NCBI RefSeq assembly: GCF_009834535.1
Contig: NC_045697.1
Span: forward strand, 26,166,001 to 26,230,000
From: Camelus ferus
Taxonomy: Eukaryota
Length of the DNA: 64,000 bases
Reading direction: 5' to 3'
Positions 12,223 through 25,704 of this stretch are shown here, one piece after another (the stretch's first letter is position 1; the number at the start of each line of letters is the position of its first letter). Under the pieces are notes generated by a model that searched no databases, had not been told where the DNA came from, and worked only from the letters and a program-made list of their open reading frames with translations. The position numbers were made by a program, and so were the translations under genes.

Positions 12223-14268
12223 TTCCCCTTTTGGCTGGTAACTTTGAATCATTAACAAAAGTACAGTTTATGTTCAGAATTATTTGCTTCAGAAGGTAGG
12301 AAAGTATGATGATAGAATTTAGAAATATGTTCAATAAAAAGCAAAGCAAGAAAAGGGAAAAAGAAAAAGCAATGAGAAATGATTATAATAGAGGATCTCT
12401 ATGTTTCCTTCTAAATTCAGAGCTTATAATTTGATTTTCTATGATTTTATGACCTCTCAAGTCCCTTCTTTTCAGAGTTAGTCTCTGAATTTTTATTAAT
12501 TTTGCCAGATACATATTTGCTGACTCTGGGTGAAGGTCTGTGGCAGTTGTGGTCCAACCATAATATATAACTTTTGAACATGAGATATTTTTCAGGGCTG
12601 TGAGTCATTTAATTCAGACATTTACATTTTAAAAATTTTGTTATGACTACCCACGTCTCTGCAGCAGTTGGACTAGAATTCATCCTTCTTTCCTTTGTGA
12701 GACTCAGAAGTCCATGCAAAAGCTTTTCCCATGAGAACAGTATGAGCAAATAAAAGGGCACTTTTATTACTGTAATCTTTTATTTCAATGTACGTGTTTC
12801 CTACAATAACCTTGACCTCTCTTCACTTACGTTTTTCCTCTCTTCTTATTTATGTAGCCTGGGTTAAATATTCTTTGACCATTTAAGATTTTTATTTTGG
12901 ACAAATCCCTGTAATTTTTGTGCAAGATCTTTTTTTATTTAACCTTAGTATTCCTCAGGAGCAAAAGCTTCGTGGGTAGTTTAAATTTGCTCTATTCATA
13001 ATATGTAACTATGATGAAATATCATTTAACTAAAATACTTGGAGAATAAAAGCCCTTTTATTTATTTTAAGAGAATTCCTTTCCCATTTCAAGATCTATG
13101 TGAAATGTTACTCAGTATTATTAGAAGGGTTTGGACAATCCACTACAAAAGGGTTAAACAACATGATCTTGAAAGTTTACTAAGTCTCCAAATACACAAA
13201 TAAGGCACAAAAGCAGCAAACTTGCCCTCCAACCTACAGCTTCATGAAAGGAAATCTTGTCGTGAGAATGTATTCTAAGCTTCCTAAGTAATGGATCTTC
13301 TTGTGTCTCCCTTGAAGTGTGCGCCATTATTCGTTAGCATTTACTGTCAGGATGCCCTTCACCCAGGTTCAATTTCCTTTTCTTTCATTTTAACTCATTA
13401 CATTGAATTATATGTCTCCATTCAAGAAAACAATTCTCCTCTTCTTTGTTTTTCTTATGTATTTGGGAATGTAAATACTTTTTGATTCAGTAACATCTGT
13501 TTCAATTAATGTCTCAAGTTGTCTTTCTAGAAGAGAATTGTTCATGTATTGTCTGTTTGGGACTTGCACTGTTTTGAATAGCATGTAAAGAAGTTAAATT
13601 GCCACTCCTAGTCATTGAACAGAACACTGTAGTTAGCTCTAAAGGAGCTATTTATCTCGTTTATAAAATCTTGCAGAGGAGCAACTTTGCCTTTTGGAGA
13701 AGAGCCTGGGTTAGAGTATGTAAAAATTGCATAGTATGGGGCTGTGAAGTTACTACTTTATGACATTATGTGAAAACATCAATATTCAGGGCACTGAAAC
13801 TAATTGACTGTTAACTTTTGGCAAGTCCCTTGATACCTCTGTCTCAAGTTTTTTCACTTAAGGATGAAAAAATGGGATGTATTTGGGGTAGAATACATAC
13901 TGCTTGAGGGTTGTAATTCTCCCACCCCTACACGTATCCGTAACATCATGACACCATTCATTCATTCATTCCTTCACTCAAATTCAACCAAAATCCTCAT
14001 TCTTAAACCCAGTAGTTTTCAACATACTTACTAACATTGAGTTATCATTTAATATGAAACAATATACCACTCCTGAAATAGACGGTCCCCAAATCCTTTT
14101 CTAATTCTTTTAGTGTTCTGTGTTTCTTGCTGCATCTTCTAGCACAAAGAATTTTGCATGACCTCAGAGAGGGCTCCATTTTGCTCCAGCTCTTGACTAG
14201 GTGCCTTGCTCACCCGCCCTTGCTTTAATGCAGGACACTCTGTTCCTGAGTAGACTGGACCACTAGGA

Positions 14269-14448
14269 CAGGGGTTCCCAAACATTAGTGTGCATCAGTA
14301 CCTACTGAGACACCGATGGCTGGTCCCCCCCCACCCCCGGCTAATGATTCGGTATGTCTGGAGTAGGACCCATCAAATTGTATTTCTAACAAGTTTCCAG
14401 GTGATTGTGATTCTGCTGGTCTGAGGAGCACATTTTGAGAAACATCTG
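14269..14448. mobile_element. MER5A-like hAT element
   Basis: caggggttcccaaacattagtgtgcatcag...tttctaacaagtttccaggtgatt...ctgctggtctgaggagcacattttgagaaacatctg. Confidence 0.8.
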
Positions 14449-14459
14449 CTCTCTAGAAG

Positions 14460-14950
14460 AACATTTCTTAATCTAGAGTTCACATATTGCAAAGGCATCT
14501 ATGGATAGAATTCAGAGACTTTATGAACAAAGATGAGTTTAAAATTATATTTATATTTTTACTAACAAAGCTGAATGTAGGCAATAAACCGCAGAAATAG
14601 TAGTAGTATCTGACTTTGTCACAATAGAAATCAGAGATATTTTCCTGTCACTTTACAATTATTTCAGATTGTTTTAGATCTGTTTCTTAAAGTATGACTT
14701 ATGCATACCAGTACTACGACATGATATTGGTTATTTTCCTCTCATTAGATTTCATTATTTTATGAGTTACTAAAATACCAGTTATTATTATACCTCAATT
14801 AAATATACTGATGCCTGCATTTCAATATAATTTCACCTTTGTCATTTTATGTATTTTATTTTAAATGTAGAAAACACCACTGTGAATAGCAGCCATAGGC
14901 TGCCTCCCTCTGTCTGAGGGTTCATGCAGGAGACATGAACTCCCTTCCTA
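14460..14950. mobile_element. hAT-Charlie non-autonomous element (MER119-like)
   Basis: tggatagaattcagaga...tttatattttcactaac-like...tgaatgtaggcaataaacc...tgactttgtcacaatagaaatcagagatattttc...gcatttcaatataatt. Confidence 0.65.
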
Positions 14951-15231
14951 AAATGTGGGTATAATAAAGACTTTAGAATCAAGTCATATTTTACCTACTA
15001 GGATCCTTCTGGTTGTACACCACCAGTCAAGGATCTAGTGGCAACAGAACAGAAGGTACAAGGTGAAATCTATCTGTAATCATCTTTGCACCTAAACAGG
15101 TAAATATCAAGCAAAGTGACTGGATAAATAAAACTATACATTAAATTTTATTTTTCCCCTGTTATTTTTGCTATTCTAGATGGCACTACAGCGAGATGCC
15201 ACTTATATTTCTTTTAGTTTATCACTTAGAG

Positions 15232-15660
15232 CAATAGTTCTCAAAACGTGAACTCCTGGTGTCAGTGGGGTCCCTGAAACTCTTTTGGAGGATCTGAGGA
15301 GATGAGGCAAAAACTCTCTGCAATATAACTAACATGTTATTTGCACTTTTCATTCTCATCCTTTTATTAATTATACAGTGGAATTTGCTAGAGGCTACAT
15401 AATTTAAATTGTGAAAATTTAAACCATGCCACTCTTCCCTATTATTTTTCTGTTTAGGAAAACATAGTTATTTTTAATGAAAATATTTTAGTTATGTTAA
15501 CATATAATGGACTTATAATTGTTATTTTAAAATAAATTAATCAATAAATATTTCATGAATTTTATTTTATAATATGGTAAATATAGCCAGACATAACCAA
15601 CATGAAAAAAGCACTTTGAGGTCTTCCATTTTTAAAGTGGAATGGGGTCTTGAACCAAAG
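15232..15660. mobile_element. Charlie1-derived hAT element
   Basis: ttctcaaaacgtg...ggggtccctgaaactctttt...tacagtggaatttgctagaggctacat...atgccactcttc...ggggtcttga. Confidence 0.7.
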
Positions 15661-16069
15661 GATTTTTTTTTTCCTTAGAGAATTTATGGTTCAAAGAATG
15701 TAATTATTAAACTATCAAAAAGTCTGTTAGTGACTGTGTACTTTTACCAGGTCTTGAACCAAGCGGAGAAAAACAGGCTTTTCCTTGGGAATTTACTAAG
15801 ACCATCTACCTTGACAGGAACTATAAGAGAAAGAACAGATCAAACAGGGAACATGGGTGATCTAAAGAAGTTAAAAGAACAAAGCTTCAATAGCTTTAGG
15901 GGAAGACAGGGTTAAATAGAAGCGGAGCTGGAACAAACAGGATAAGCTGGTGGCCACACCTGTGGCATGTGATGGCACGCCAGGGTGCTTTCCTTCCCTC
16001 CAAGTCTCCTGCATCTGCTTGCCATTTTTATTACAAACTTGGAGTAAATGTAAATGTTGTGTAAACAGC

Positions 16070-16228
16070 TGTAAGTGCATTGTAAATGCTACATAAATAG
16101 CTACCAGTGTGTGACAAGTTCAAGTTTTGCTTTCTGAAACTCGCAGGAATATTTTTTCAAATATTTTTGACTCACTGTTGGTTGAATCCATGGATGTGGA
16201 ACTGGTGGATACAGAGGGCTGACTGTAC
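16070..16228 (+). mobile_element. MER2-like TcMar-Tigger right end
   Basis: Ends ttggttgaatccatggatgtggaactggtggatacagagggctgactg followed by TA. Confidence 0.8.
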
Positions 16229-16477
16229 TACCTTCTTTCACATGTTTCTAAAGAGAAGGAATCTCAGCCAAAAATAATGATCAAAACCTTCACCTGATAG
16301 AATTTGGATCATTGTGAATATGTCCTCATGACCAGAAGGGTGTCAGGTTCTGGGCCGCTCACGGTGACAAGGAACAAAGTGATCAACACACCTCTCCATC
16401 CTTATGCTGAACATCATCTCCTCTTCCCTACAGCTCTGGTACCATCAAGGCCAGCCTTGAGTGAGAGCCCTCCCTTC

Positions 16478-16532
16478 TTCCTACACTTAAGCATTAATTA
16501 AGATATGTTCCTACACTTAAGCATTAATTAAG
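16478..16532. repeat. Tandem duplication, 30-bp period
   Basis: ttcctacacttaagcattaattaag occurs identically at 16478-16502 and 16508-16532. Confidence 0.95.
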
Positions 16533-17999
16533 GAATGTCCCTCCACACCATTGTGGTTATTTTGCCAGGAGAAAAAAATAGGTTAAAGAAAATGTTCCTC
16601 ACTTTGCTAAGCTCTAAAACAGTGGCTGCCTATTTGGCTGATCATCAAAGTCATTGTTGAATTTTCTAAAAATTTAGATTTCTGGGACCACAGCTTGTGC
16701 TTCCAATTCAATAGGTTCCTTATGTACTTCTGACTATCAGGTTTTAGAAGCATTCCTGAGAAGCACTGCAAAAAATTTTGGTACAATATTTGAAACTACA
16801 GAGCTTATTTGTATTGGGTTTGACGCTCATCCTCTTGGTGTTGGGTACTTTCTTCTCTTTGTTTTCCTTGAGATGATAAGCATATTAAAAGCAAAAACTG
16901 TCTTACTTATATTTATGCCTCACTGCATCATTATATTTGATATGTTGTACAAAGTGTGTGCTCAACAAATGTGACTGGGCTTGACACAACACCTCAAAGG
17001 AGAGGGGTAAGGATGTGGGACCACACATCTGGAAAGTTCACCAGGTGTCTAAGACTGCTTTTGGAAGCTGAGGGATCTACACCTCACATTTTACCTGGAA
17101 ACCACCCTGCAGATCAATCAGGAACATGGCTCTTTCTCAATAATCAGGGAATGGTCAGTATGATAGCTTAGTGCTATGGTCAGATTGAAACCTGTATTGT
17201 ATCCACATAAATAAAAATATTTCTAATGTAATATTTGACATGTACCCAAATTATGTGCCAATATTTATCAGATAAAGTTAGAGAATAAGAAGAGACTCAC
17301 TATAGATTAAAAATTCAATATTGTTACTGGAGACAACTAAGGAATAATTATGCCAGCACCTATTTTCCTCTATTATAAATTATAATATGTCATGAACTTT
17401 TCTACTGTAGTAAAAATTCAACAAGTCTAATTTTTTATTTATATCTTAAATCAAGGCAAAGAAATCTTGGGAGATTAACATTAACACTTAAATAAGTATA
17501 GTATTTATTTGGATACTTCATTTAGTGTAAAAATGATTGATAAAGTGAACACATAAATACATATATTTTTATGAAAATATTCATATTCTTGATAACTTAA
17601 GTCTTTCAAGTGAATTATAAACTCAGCATATTCTTGGAAATATGGAGTACAATTCTACGGGTATTATTTAGGGAAAACTTTTTTTTTTTTTTTTTTACAA
17701 TTTTTCAATTTGTGGAGTTACTGCTGTCCACATTTTGCCAATAATTTAATCAGTTGTTTTACTGAATGGGCTCCTAAGCTAGAAAAGCACACAAACATGT
17801 GGCTATTTCATAGCTTCACTTCCTAAATTTACCATTTAGTGCAATTTACTAAGGATCCAACTTGCTGCCAGGAAGTAGTTTGCTTCTAGGAAAAATTTGT
17901 CCGAGTTCTAACATCAATTCTCTATTCAGTGAAAAATGTACACACAAATTAAAAGCAAGTGAAAATACTTGTTTCTTTACAAAAATACGAAATATAACA

Positions 18000-18175
18000 G
18001 AGTTGGAGCTGGAAGGGCTCTTAGGGAACAAGGTGATGCAACACCTTCATTTTGCACATGAGGAGACTGAAGTTCAGAGTGTTTAAGTAACATCCCATAG
18101 GCTATGCACCTCTTTATTGGCAAAGCAGGGATAGAACCCAAGTTTCTTGATATCTAGTCCATTTACCTTCCAGTA
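18000..18175 (-). mobile_element. MIR SINE
   Basis: gagctggaagggctcttag...cattttgcacatgaggagactgaagttcagag...ggcaaagcagggatagaacccaagtttcttga. Confidence 0.8.
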
Positions 18176-18289
18176 TAGTAGCGTATTTCAAAGTCTGACA
18201 CTTTGTAACCTAGATGGCAGTAACCTAGATGATTCCAGGTGGATATGGATGAGCATTAAAAATTATTATGCATTCATTTTAAAATAGAC

Positions 18290-20380
18290 TGGGGACTTCT
18301 GGCATCTGCTTAAGAGACAAAGATCTGGGAAAGGCATTGCTCATACCCTAACATCCAGAAAAAGCAAGATGATCTACAATTTTCTTGAATCCATCAGAGA
18401 TGGAGCTGCAAGTCCACCAACTAACCTGAAGTCAAAGGAATGGCAGGTACCTTTAAGGAGATACAGGCCTTATACACCAACTCCTGTGAAAGATCACAGG
18501 TGGAAGATGGGGCTTCCATGCATGTTGCTAGGAGGAAGTCAGCTAAAATTTTTAATGAAAAGTTGCTAAAAGTGAAGTGTGGGCAAGTGTGAGAACATAG
18601 AACCCCTTGAATCTGAAGCTGCAAGGGGAATTTGTACCCACTCAGAGGCTCTTCTCCACTGGATGTTTACAAAAAGATTGGGAAGAGGTAAGAACAGACA
18701 GCAAGCTTCCCTCACGATCCAGGTCTGGAGAGGAGGAGGATCACTACTAGGGGAGAGACAAAGTCCACCTGGATGCTTCGGCCCATGGGGAAAAAAAAGC
18801 CTTGTGTTACTGGGGGATGGGCAGTAAATCTTGTCATAGTTAGGTCACAGGTCAAGACTCAAGTGTGGCTTGGAAAAGAGGGGGAAAAAAACACTGTACA
18901 CCTTGGTAGGGACAGGAAATCTCCTGGGCCTGGGCCAGAAGATTTGTTGGACTACTGAGGGAGAGGAAGGATCACAGAAAGACCTGAGATGCAGTGATAC
19001 AGAGCCCATCTAAGACGGAACCTGAATCAAGGCAATAGTGGACCCTGCTTCCCTCCACCATCAGACTAGTAACCACTGAATAACAAGCAGCAGCCGTCTT
19101 TTGCTGGGAGGTGGACAAAAACTTGGAGAGGAAATCCTCTCTGAAGCAAGGGTTCACAGGAAATGCCTAAAGCTGAGGGTGGAACAGGAGCATTGTAAAA
19201 AGCCCTCTAGCAAACTAGCTCTCACCACAAGCACAAGGTAATACTACAGGAATCGAGGCCAGTAATGCATGGAAAGTGAATCTTTGCTGTAACAAAATCC
19301 CCCCTTCCCTACATGCTAAAAGACTAGCAGAAGAAGAGGTTTGCCTACTTCCAGCTATAAATACTAATTACTTCAGTCTCTACTGTCCTATACACAATGT
19401 TACACTTTCAATTGAAACTACAAAACACACAAAGAAGTAAGCAAAAAACAACATACTATCAATGGACAAAGTAATAAATAAAATCATATTTACATAGAAC
19501 CCAAATGTTAGAACTATCAGACACCAATTTTAAATAACCATGATTAATATGTAAAGGCTTTAGTGGAAAAGTTGGACAATATGGATGAATAAGTGGAGAA
19601 TTTTAGCAGAGAGGTGAAGAATAGAGGAATAAAGAAAACTAAATATTAGAAATAAAATTAGAGTAACAGAGATAAGAATGCTTTCAATGGGCTCATCAGT
19701 GGACCTGACACAGCTGAGGAAAGAATCAGTGAACTTGAAGGTAGGTCAACAGAAATCACCCAGGTTGAAACATCAAGATAAAAAGAGTAAAAAATGAATT
19801 AGAAAAATATATACAGCCCACCAAACATATATCTGAATTCTACTAGTTAGATGAGGTTGAAGTGAAAAATAAAAAAAAAAAAAGTTAACATCAGAAGAGA
19901 TAAGTCATAGTGAGAGTATGTAATCTTGATGTAATGAGATGAGAGCGGGCGCTTTACCTCCATGGTCTTCCTCACAAAAACCTGTAACTCCAGTCTTATC
20001 ATGAGAGAAACATCAGACAAATTCAAGGTGAGAGATATCCTACAAAATATCTGACCCACATTCCCCTGAAATGTCAATGTTTTCAAAATAATGGAAATCC
20101 AAGAAACCATCAAAGCTAGAAGGAACCTAGGGGGATATGATGACTAATGTAATGTAGTAACTTGGATGGGGTTTTGGAACATAAGACAGAAATTAAGTTA
20201 AAACTAAGGAACTCCAAGTAAACTATGGCTTTTACTTAATATATCAGTATCGATTCATTCATTGTGCTAGTATAAGATATTAAAAATAGGGAAAATTGGG
20301 TAGGGGATATATAGGAACTCTTTGTACTATATTCACAATTTTCCTATAAATCTAAAACTCTTCTAAAAAGGTTTATTTAA
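18290..20380 (+). mobile_element. Internally deleted old L1 (L1MC/MD-like): 5' UTR, partial ORF1 and 3' UTR
   Basis: 5'UTR-like start gacttctggc...; ORF1 remnant aagaatgctttcaatgggctcatcagt...gacacagctgaggaaagaatcagtgaacttgaag (~19675-19740); L1MC-type 3' UTR from ~19885 (ggtcttcctcacaaaaacc...aacatcagacaaattcaa) to taaatctaaaactcttctaaaa. Confidence 0.75.
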
Positions 20381-22059
20381 AAATAAACAATTTCATTTAA
20401 AATTTCATTTAAATAATTATACAAGTAGTATGCAGAAAAATTGTGATTTTAAAAATTGTGACTGTGGTAGGGGAATAACAGGTTTGGGAAACACTATTAA
20501 AAAAGTTAAGGGACTATACTATGACATGCTATTTGCTGATTTAATTTTAAAAATTCCAAATTTCTCAGTCCTGCGTCTATATTTTACAAAGCTCCTTAAT
20601 GGTGTTTTATGGTTTCATAGCTCAACAGTATAACTTTCCTTCTGATTGGAAGCTTCAATAGAGCAGAACACATGCCTTTATTCAATTCCCTTGGGTGCCT
20701 GTATGATAATGTTCAGAATGGATATGGAACATTTATTCACAAAATCAGTTCATGTGAAGATGAATGAATGCTTCTTTGTGCTTTTCTTTAATTTTACCTC
20801 ACTAATCTCTCTCAATTGTTGAGAAGCCCAGATTATTGTATATTTTCCATTGGAGTGACTCTAACATGTTGATCATTAATAATCAGAAAACTGTCACAGG
20901 GACATTTTTCTGTGATCACTTGCTTTGTCTTATTTTGAGATCAAGGTGGGTGAATCTCTTGATCACTGCCAGCTGTCAGTAAATCTGCTTAGAGCTGGGA
21001 GAGCAAGTTGGTATCATTTTGCAACTCAATTCCAATCCTTTGGCGATGGCTTCCTAAAAATTTGTCTTGAGGATTCCAACACCATGAGTGCTGTGACCAA
21101 TTTAAGGGTGAGAGAGAGAGAACGATCATGCCATGATGGCTCATGAATCACATATCTGGCAAATTCTACTTAAAGATTACTTGACGTTAATAAGTGTTAT
21201 TACTCTCATAATGGGCCCCCAAAAGCCTGAAAAACTTAAATATATATACTTACACATGTATAAAACTTATACATATATATGTATATATATTTCAATGGGC
21301 AAATTCAGACATTGTGGCAGGTGGTAGGGTATGCAAGAGCCTTCCTGGACTCCTTCAATTCTTGCCACAAAGATGGTTACCAAACTTACTTAATTGTAAG
21401 GCTGCTCTTTTTGGCAGTCTTTTTATATATTTTCACCAAAGTCTTTTATGAAATATATACAAAACTCAATTTTTAGACAAAAATTGTGAGTAAAAACATA
21501 ACCACTATTATTATTACTGATGAAAAAATACAAAAAATTCACATGAACATAGAGATGAAAAAAGTTCCATTTACTAGCATAGAATTTTTTTAAAGAAGAG
21601 AGACCAAATGGCAATCTCTCAAATTAAAAAACAGTGTTTCTCAGTTAGCCTGGCAATGATCCCAGACCTGGCTTCTGGGAAAGTCTGAATCACCTCTGAC
21701 TTACCACATATGCCAGCTTAAGTATGGTTCATCCCCATTAAGGCCAAAGGCAGTCAATTATTTCCCTACAGCACCTCACCTGTCACCCTGCTATTCTTGG
21801 CTGAGAAAGGTGCTCCTGTGATGACCTACCAGATAGGACTTTTCCAAAAGTATTTTAGAATTTCCGTTTGTAGGAAATGTTTCCAAAACATTACCTAGTG
21901 AGCAAACTCTCCATTGCATCACTTATCAGCTAGATTGTAAGCCCTTTGAGTGGTACATCTCTGGGACCAAGGGCAAATAAATGAGATTACTCCTCACACT
22001 GTTTCCTTGTTGAGGGCTATTTGGCTTTGGTATATGCAGGTCCCTCCCATCTGTCCATC

Positions 22060-22180
22060 TGTCTCTCCATTCATTCATCCCTCTAACCAGCAAATATTTA
22101 TTGAGCATCTATATTATCAGGCATAAAGAGATGAATACATCAGTTTTTGTTCTCAAGAAGATTACACTCTAGTGTGGGAG
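22060..22180 (-). mobile_element. L2 3' end
   Basis: cattcattcatcc...caaatatttattgagcatctatattatcaggca. Confidence 0.7.
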
Positions 22181-23142
22181 AATTATCATCCAATATCTCT
22201 ACTTTGATTTTCTGTAGATACATCAGAAGTGCAATTAGTGTCTGCCCAACATTCAAGGAAAACAATTTTGAACAGTTAAAAAAAAATCTAAATGTCAAAG
22301 CTTTTTATAAAAAACATCACTTCTGGGCAGGGTTTTCTTGTAATTTGGGAGTCATAGTAGAGGGAACTTATGGCTCACTGTAAAGGGCACAACAGTTAAA
22401 TGATGATTTCTATTTAATAGGAAGCATCTGGATCAACACTGAGGACAAGTAGGTAAGAAAAGGAGTGCTCCTTGCCCTTCTGTTCTGGCAGAAGTACAAG
22501 ACTGATGGATGTAGTCCTTGCTTTGGAGAAAGACACCCACTCTATCATTTTTTTCTTAGTAGAAATATCTGTTCTACTCATTAATCTGACAACTGAACAC
22601 CAGAGACATGATTGAAAACATATCTATCCCTCCTCAGATTCTGCAAAGATTCTTTCCTTGGCAGCTCTAAAAAGTCAGAAAGTGTACCTGTGGGGACCTT
22701 GGCACCATAAGCAACAGTAACAGATGCAGAGCCAAACCTGCCCCACACAGTTTGCAAGGGTCAATGGGAAAGTACTTCTCCATTCATCAGTTTGTAGCCT
22801 GAGGTTCCACAGTACTCTGCTCACCAGGCAAACTGGAAGTGTATCCATTGGAATATATTAGGACAATAGAGTCAGCGGATAGATTACAATTTTTGAGTAT
22901 CTTTCATATTAGAGAAAAGAAAATGTGAGGTAGTATCCATCCCTTTTGAGTATCTGTGCATATTTCAGTGGAGATTATTTCATTAATGTGTTCTTGCATT
23001 CATTCATTCATTCATGATTGGTTTTTCATCAAATTAATTATTGTATACTGATCAGCTCAGAGTCAGGTAGAGTGCTAGATGATGTAACTTCAACAACTTG
23101 AAAAAAATAATTTTTTCCTGAGAAACTTTCATTCCCTAAGTC

Positions 23143-23262
23143 TTTCATTCAGCATGCATTATTTGAGCACCTACTATGTGCCATATATTATGCCAGGTTC
23201 TAAGGATATAATGGTAAACAAAACCAGACATGGCCAGGTGTCTGCCCTCATTATTTTGGAGT
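23143..23262 (-). mobile_element. L2 3' end
   Basis: ttcattcagcatgcattatttgagcacctactatgtgcca...aaggatataatggtaaacaaaaccagacatggcc...tgccctcat. Confidence 0.8.
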
Positions 23263-24314
23263 TTTCCTTTTAATACTTTGCTGAGAATACTAATAAAATC
23301 TATTGGGTTCTCTGTGGCTTGTGGGTGGAGCTGCAGGCTAAATGCTCCCAGCAGGGCAAACCTATTCTTTCAGAAGCAAAGAATCAGGAAGAAAAAGAAG
23401 CCTGTTTACTACATGGAGAAAAAAAAATCATAGTTAATCTTTGCCTTGGAAATGAAGGCTGTTAAATACACTGCTTAGTCTGATAATATATCTACCATAT
23501 TAGTATATTATGCTGAGATATACATTCGGTTCAATGCAAAATAAAGTTTTGGAAAGTATAATTATAGATACAAAGCTGATGTAAAAAACATGAAGGAATA
23601 GTAATAAACAGATCCTTTTTATCAGTATATTGTTTTTAGGACAACTTTTCACATTGAAATGACATGAAGCAGTACAAAAAGACCCTAAAAGGAAACAGAA
23701 TTGTGACATGGCTGGATTTCTTGTCATGGAAACCTCCCTCCCTGTCATGTTCTTTGACGTTTGGCATCCCAAAATATCTGGGGAGGAAGTGAGAGTTTAG
23801 GTTTCCTTTATCTTACACTGCTAATAGAGGATAGAAATCAAAAACAAAAAACAGATAGGTTTTAAGAACAAGCCACACCAAGAAAGTGACATGAAGAAAA
23901 TAAAATCTATGGCTAGTTTTTACAGCTATTTCTGATTTTTTTTTTTTTCAGAAGAAAATCTGGAAAGTCTGATAAGAGATGGCTGATGTGAAAAAGTCTA
24001 CTATTTGGGATTGAAAGGGGAAAATTCTAAACAAGAGGAGGGGTCATTTCAAATGTTCTCCTCACTGTCCTACAAGAACATTCCTTACAGCACTGGCCTG
24101 TTGCACATGCTAACTAACTATCTCTGCCTGGAATAAACTCTTCCCTTCAGACCTCTAGCCAGATGAGATGTTTCTCAAATCTTTTCTCCTTTAGGGCTTT
24201 CCAACCACAGTGACTCCTCTGAACTCATTACACTTGTCTCTATCACCCATTTCTCTGTTTAACCACGTGATGCTTTGTGATTTTTTTTTTTTAAGATTAC
24301 TCATTTGCTATTTC

Positions 24315-24704
24315 CGTTAAAGTGTCCAGACTAAACCCAAGATGGGGTTGCTTATGCTAAGCTCCACATCAGCAAACCTGAACTTAACTAAGTTCCTCTG
24401 CTCAGCTCTTCCAGAAAAGGAAGGCCTAGGCAAACCAGCCAGGTCTGCCTACTCAACACAAGTCACCAGGCCTGGCTGCAAATTCCCTTTGCTCCATATA
24501 AGGAAAGTAACCCTGCTTTAACCAATCAGCAGACTCCCAGTGTAACTTCCTTGTTCCTGCTCACTTTGGTCTATAAAATTCTGCAGCTTTGTATAACTCT
24601 TTGAAGCTCCATTCTATTTTCTACAGTGGATGCTTCCCGATTTATGAATTGTTGAATAAAGCCAACGAGAACTTTTCAAATTTTATGATTGTTGGACTTG
24701 AACA
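24315..24704 (+). mobile_element. ERV1-class solo LTR
   Basis: LTR motif order: CCAAT 24522-24526, TATAAAA 24572-24578, AATAAA 24655-24660, ending ...ttgaaCA. It interrupts L2-like sequence. Confidence 0.7.
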
Positions 24705-25704
24705 TTATCTAACTCTTCCAGGTGTATGTAACTCATATTGTTTCCCATCTCAATCATAAACTTTTAGGGATCAGGGATGCCTCTTCCATATATTTCTCTA
24801 TCGATCGCATGCAAGAGGCAGAGAATCAATACCTAAGTCACTCCGTAACCTTAGATAACTCAGGAACTACTCACTACATTTGGATCAATTGGATTTAGGA
24901 GCCAGCTAAAGCAGCAAGCAACTTGCAGATCTCATCTGGACCTCATACATCCTTTGCCCTATTCTGGCTTCTTTTATGAATAATTTCTGGATCATTACAA
25001 TAAATATTTGTTAATAATTAAGCAAATAAGTGAGTTGTGTCCCATCTGGCAGTTTTGTTATGGCTCCAAAGATATGAAATATTTTGGATACTTGAAATGA
25101 GAACAATTTTGGGGGAATGTTTATTTAGAAGAAGGTTTAAGAGGGACATAGGGTAACTTCTTCATCCTCTTGTCAAATATGCAAAATGCTGCAATTTAGC
25201 CTTTGCTCAAGATAATGCCTTGTCAGAACTCTGTAGAACCTAGAAGAGTATTCTTTCCTGTTTCCTTCGGCCCCTCCCTCATGTTATACCCATGTCCTTA
25301 CTGAGAGAAGCTTATTCTGAACGCATTCGTTTTTTTCTTCTCTTCCAAAGTGATACTACTCCAATTTTGCAGTCCACTTTAGAGTCCTTTTTATTTCTTA
25401 AGCTTAGATATTGTAGTTACTTGAAAACTTTAATAACAGTATATCCAAGAATTTGGCTAGTACAAAAGAGTAACATAAACATTGCCAAACTAATTGCACC
25501 TTTCTTTAAAATTTCAATATGTCCATAAGCCACTTGATACATCTAAAAATAATTGCTATGAACATAAATTACATGTGCCTTGGGAAGAAAACAAGTGTTT
25601 TAAGCTTTCTATTTATGTAATCACTGTATATAGGAAGATTTAATATTTTATTTTACTAGAATAAGAAAGATTATTATCCTAATATCAATTAAAAAGATGA
25701 TACA

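Noticed and set aside
16478..16532. CRISPR-like repeat array (this and other short direct repeats, e.g. 56545-56579)
   Set aside because: Only two copies each, with no spacers and no cas genes; this is mammalian DNA and they are ordinary tandem duplications.
18203..18232. CTCF-like CCTAGATGGCAG
   Set aside because: It lacks the 5' part of the core and sits in a small duplication within a transposon relic.
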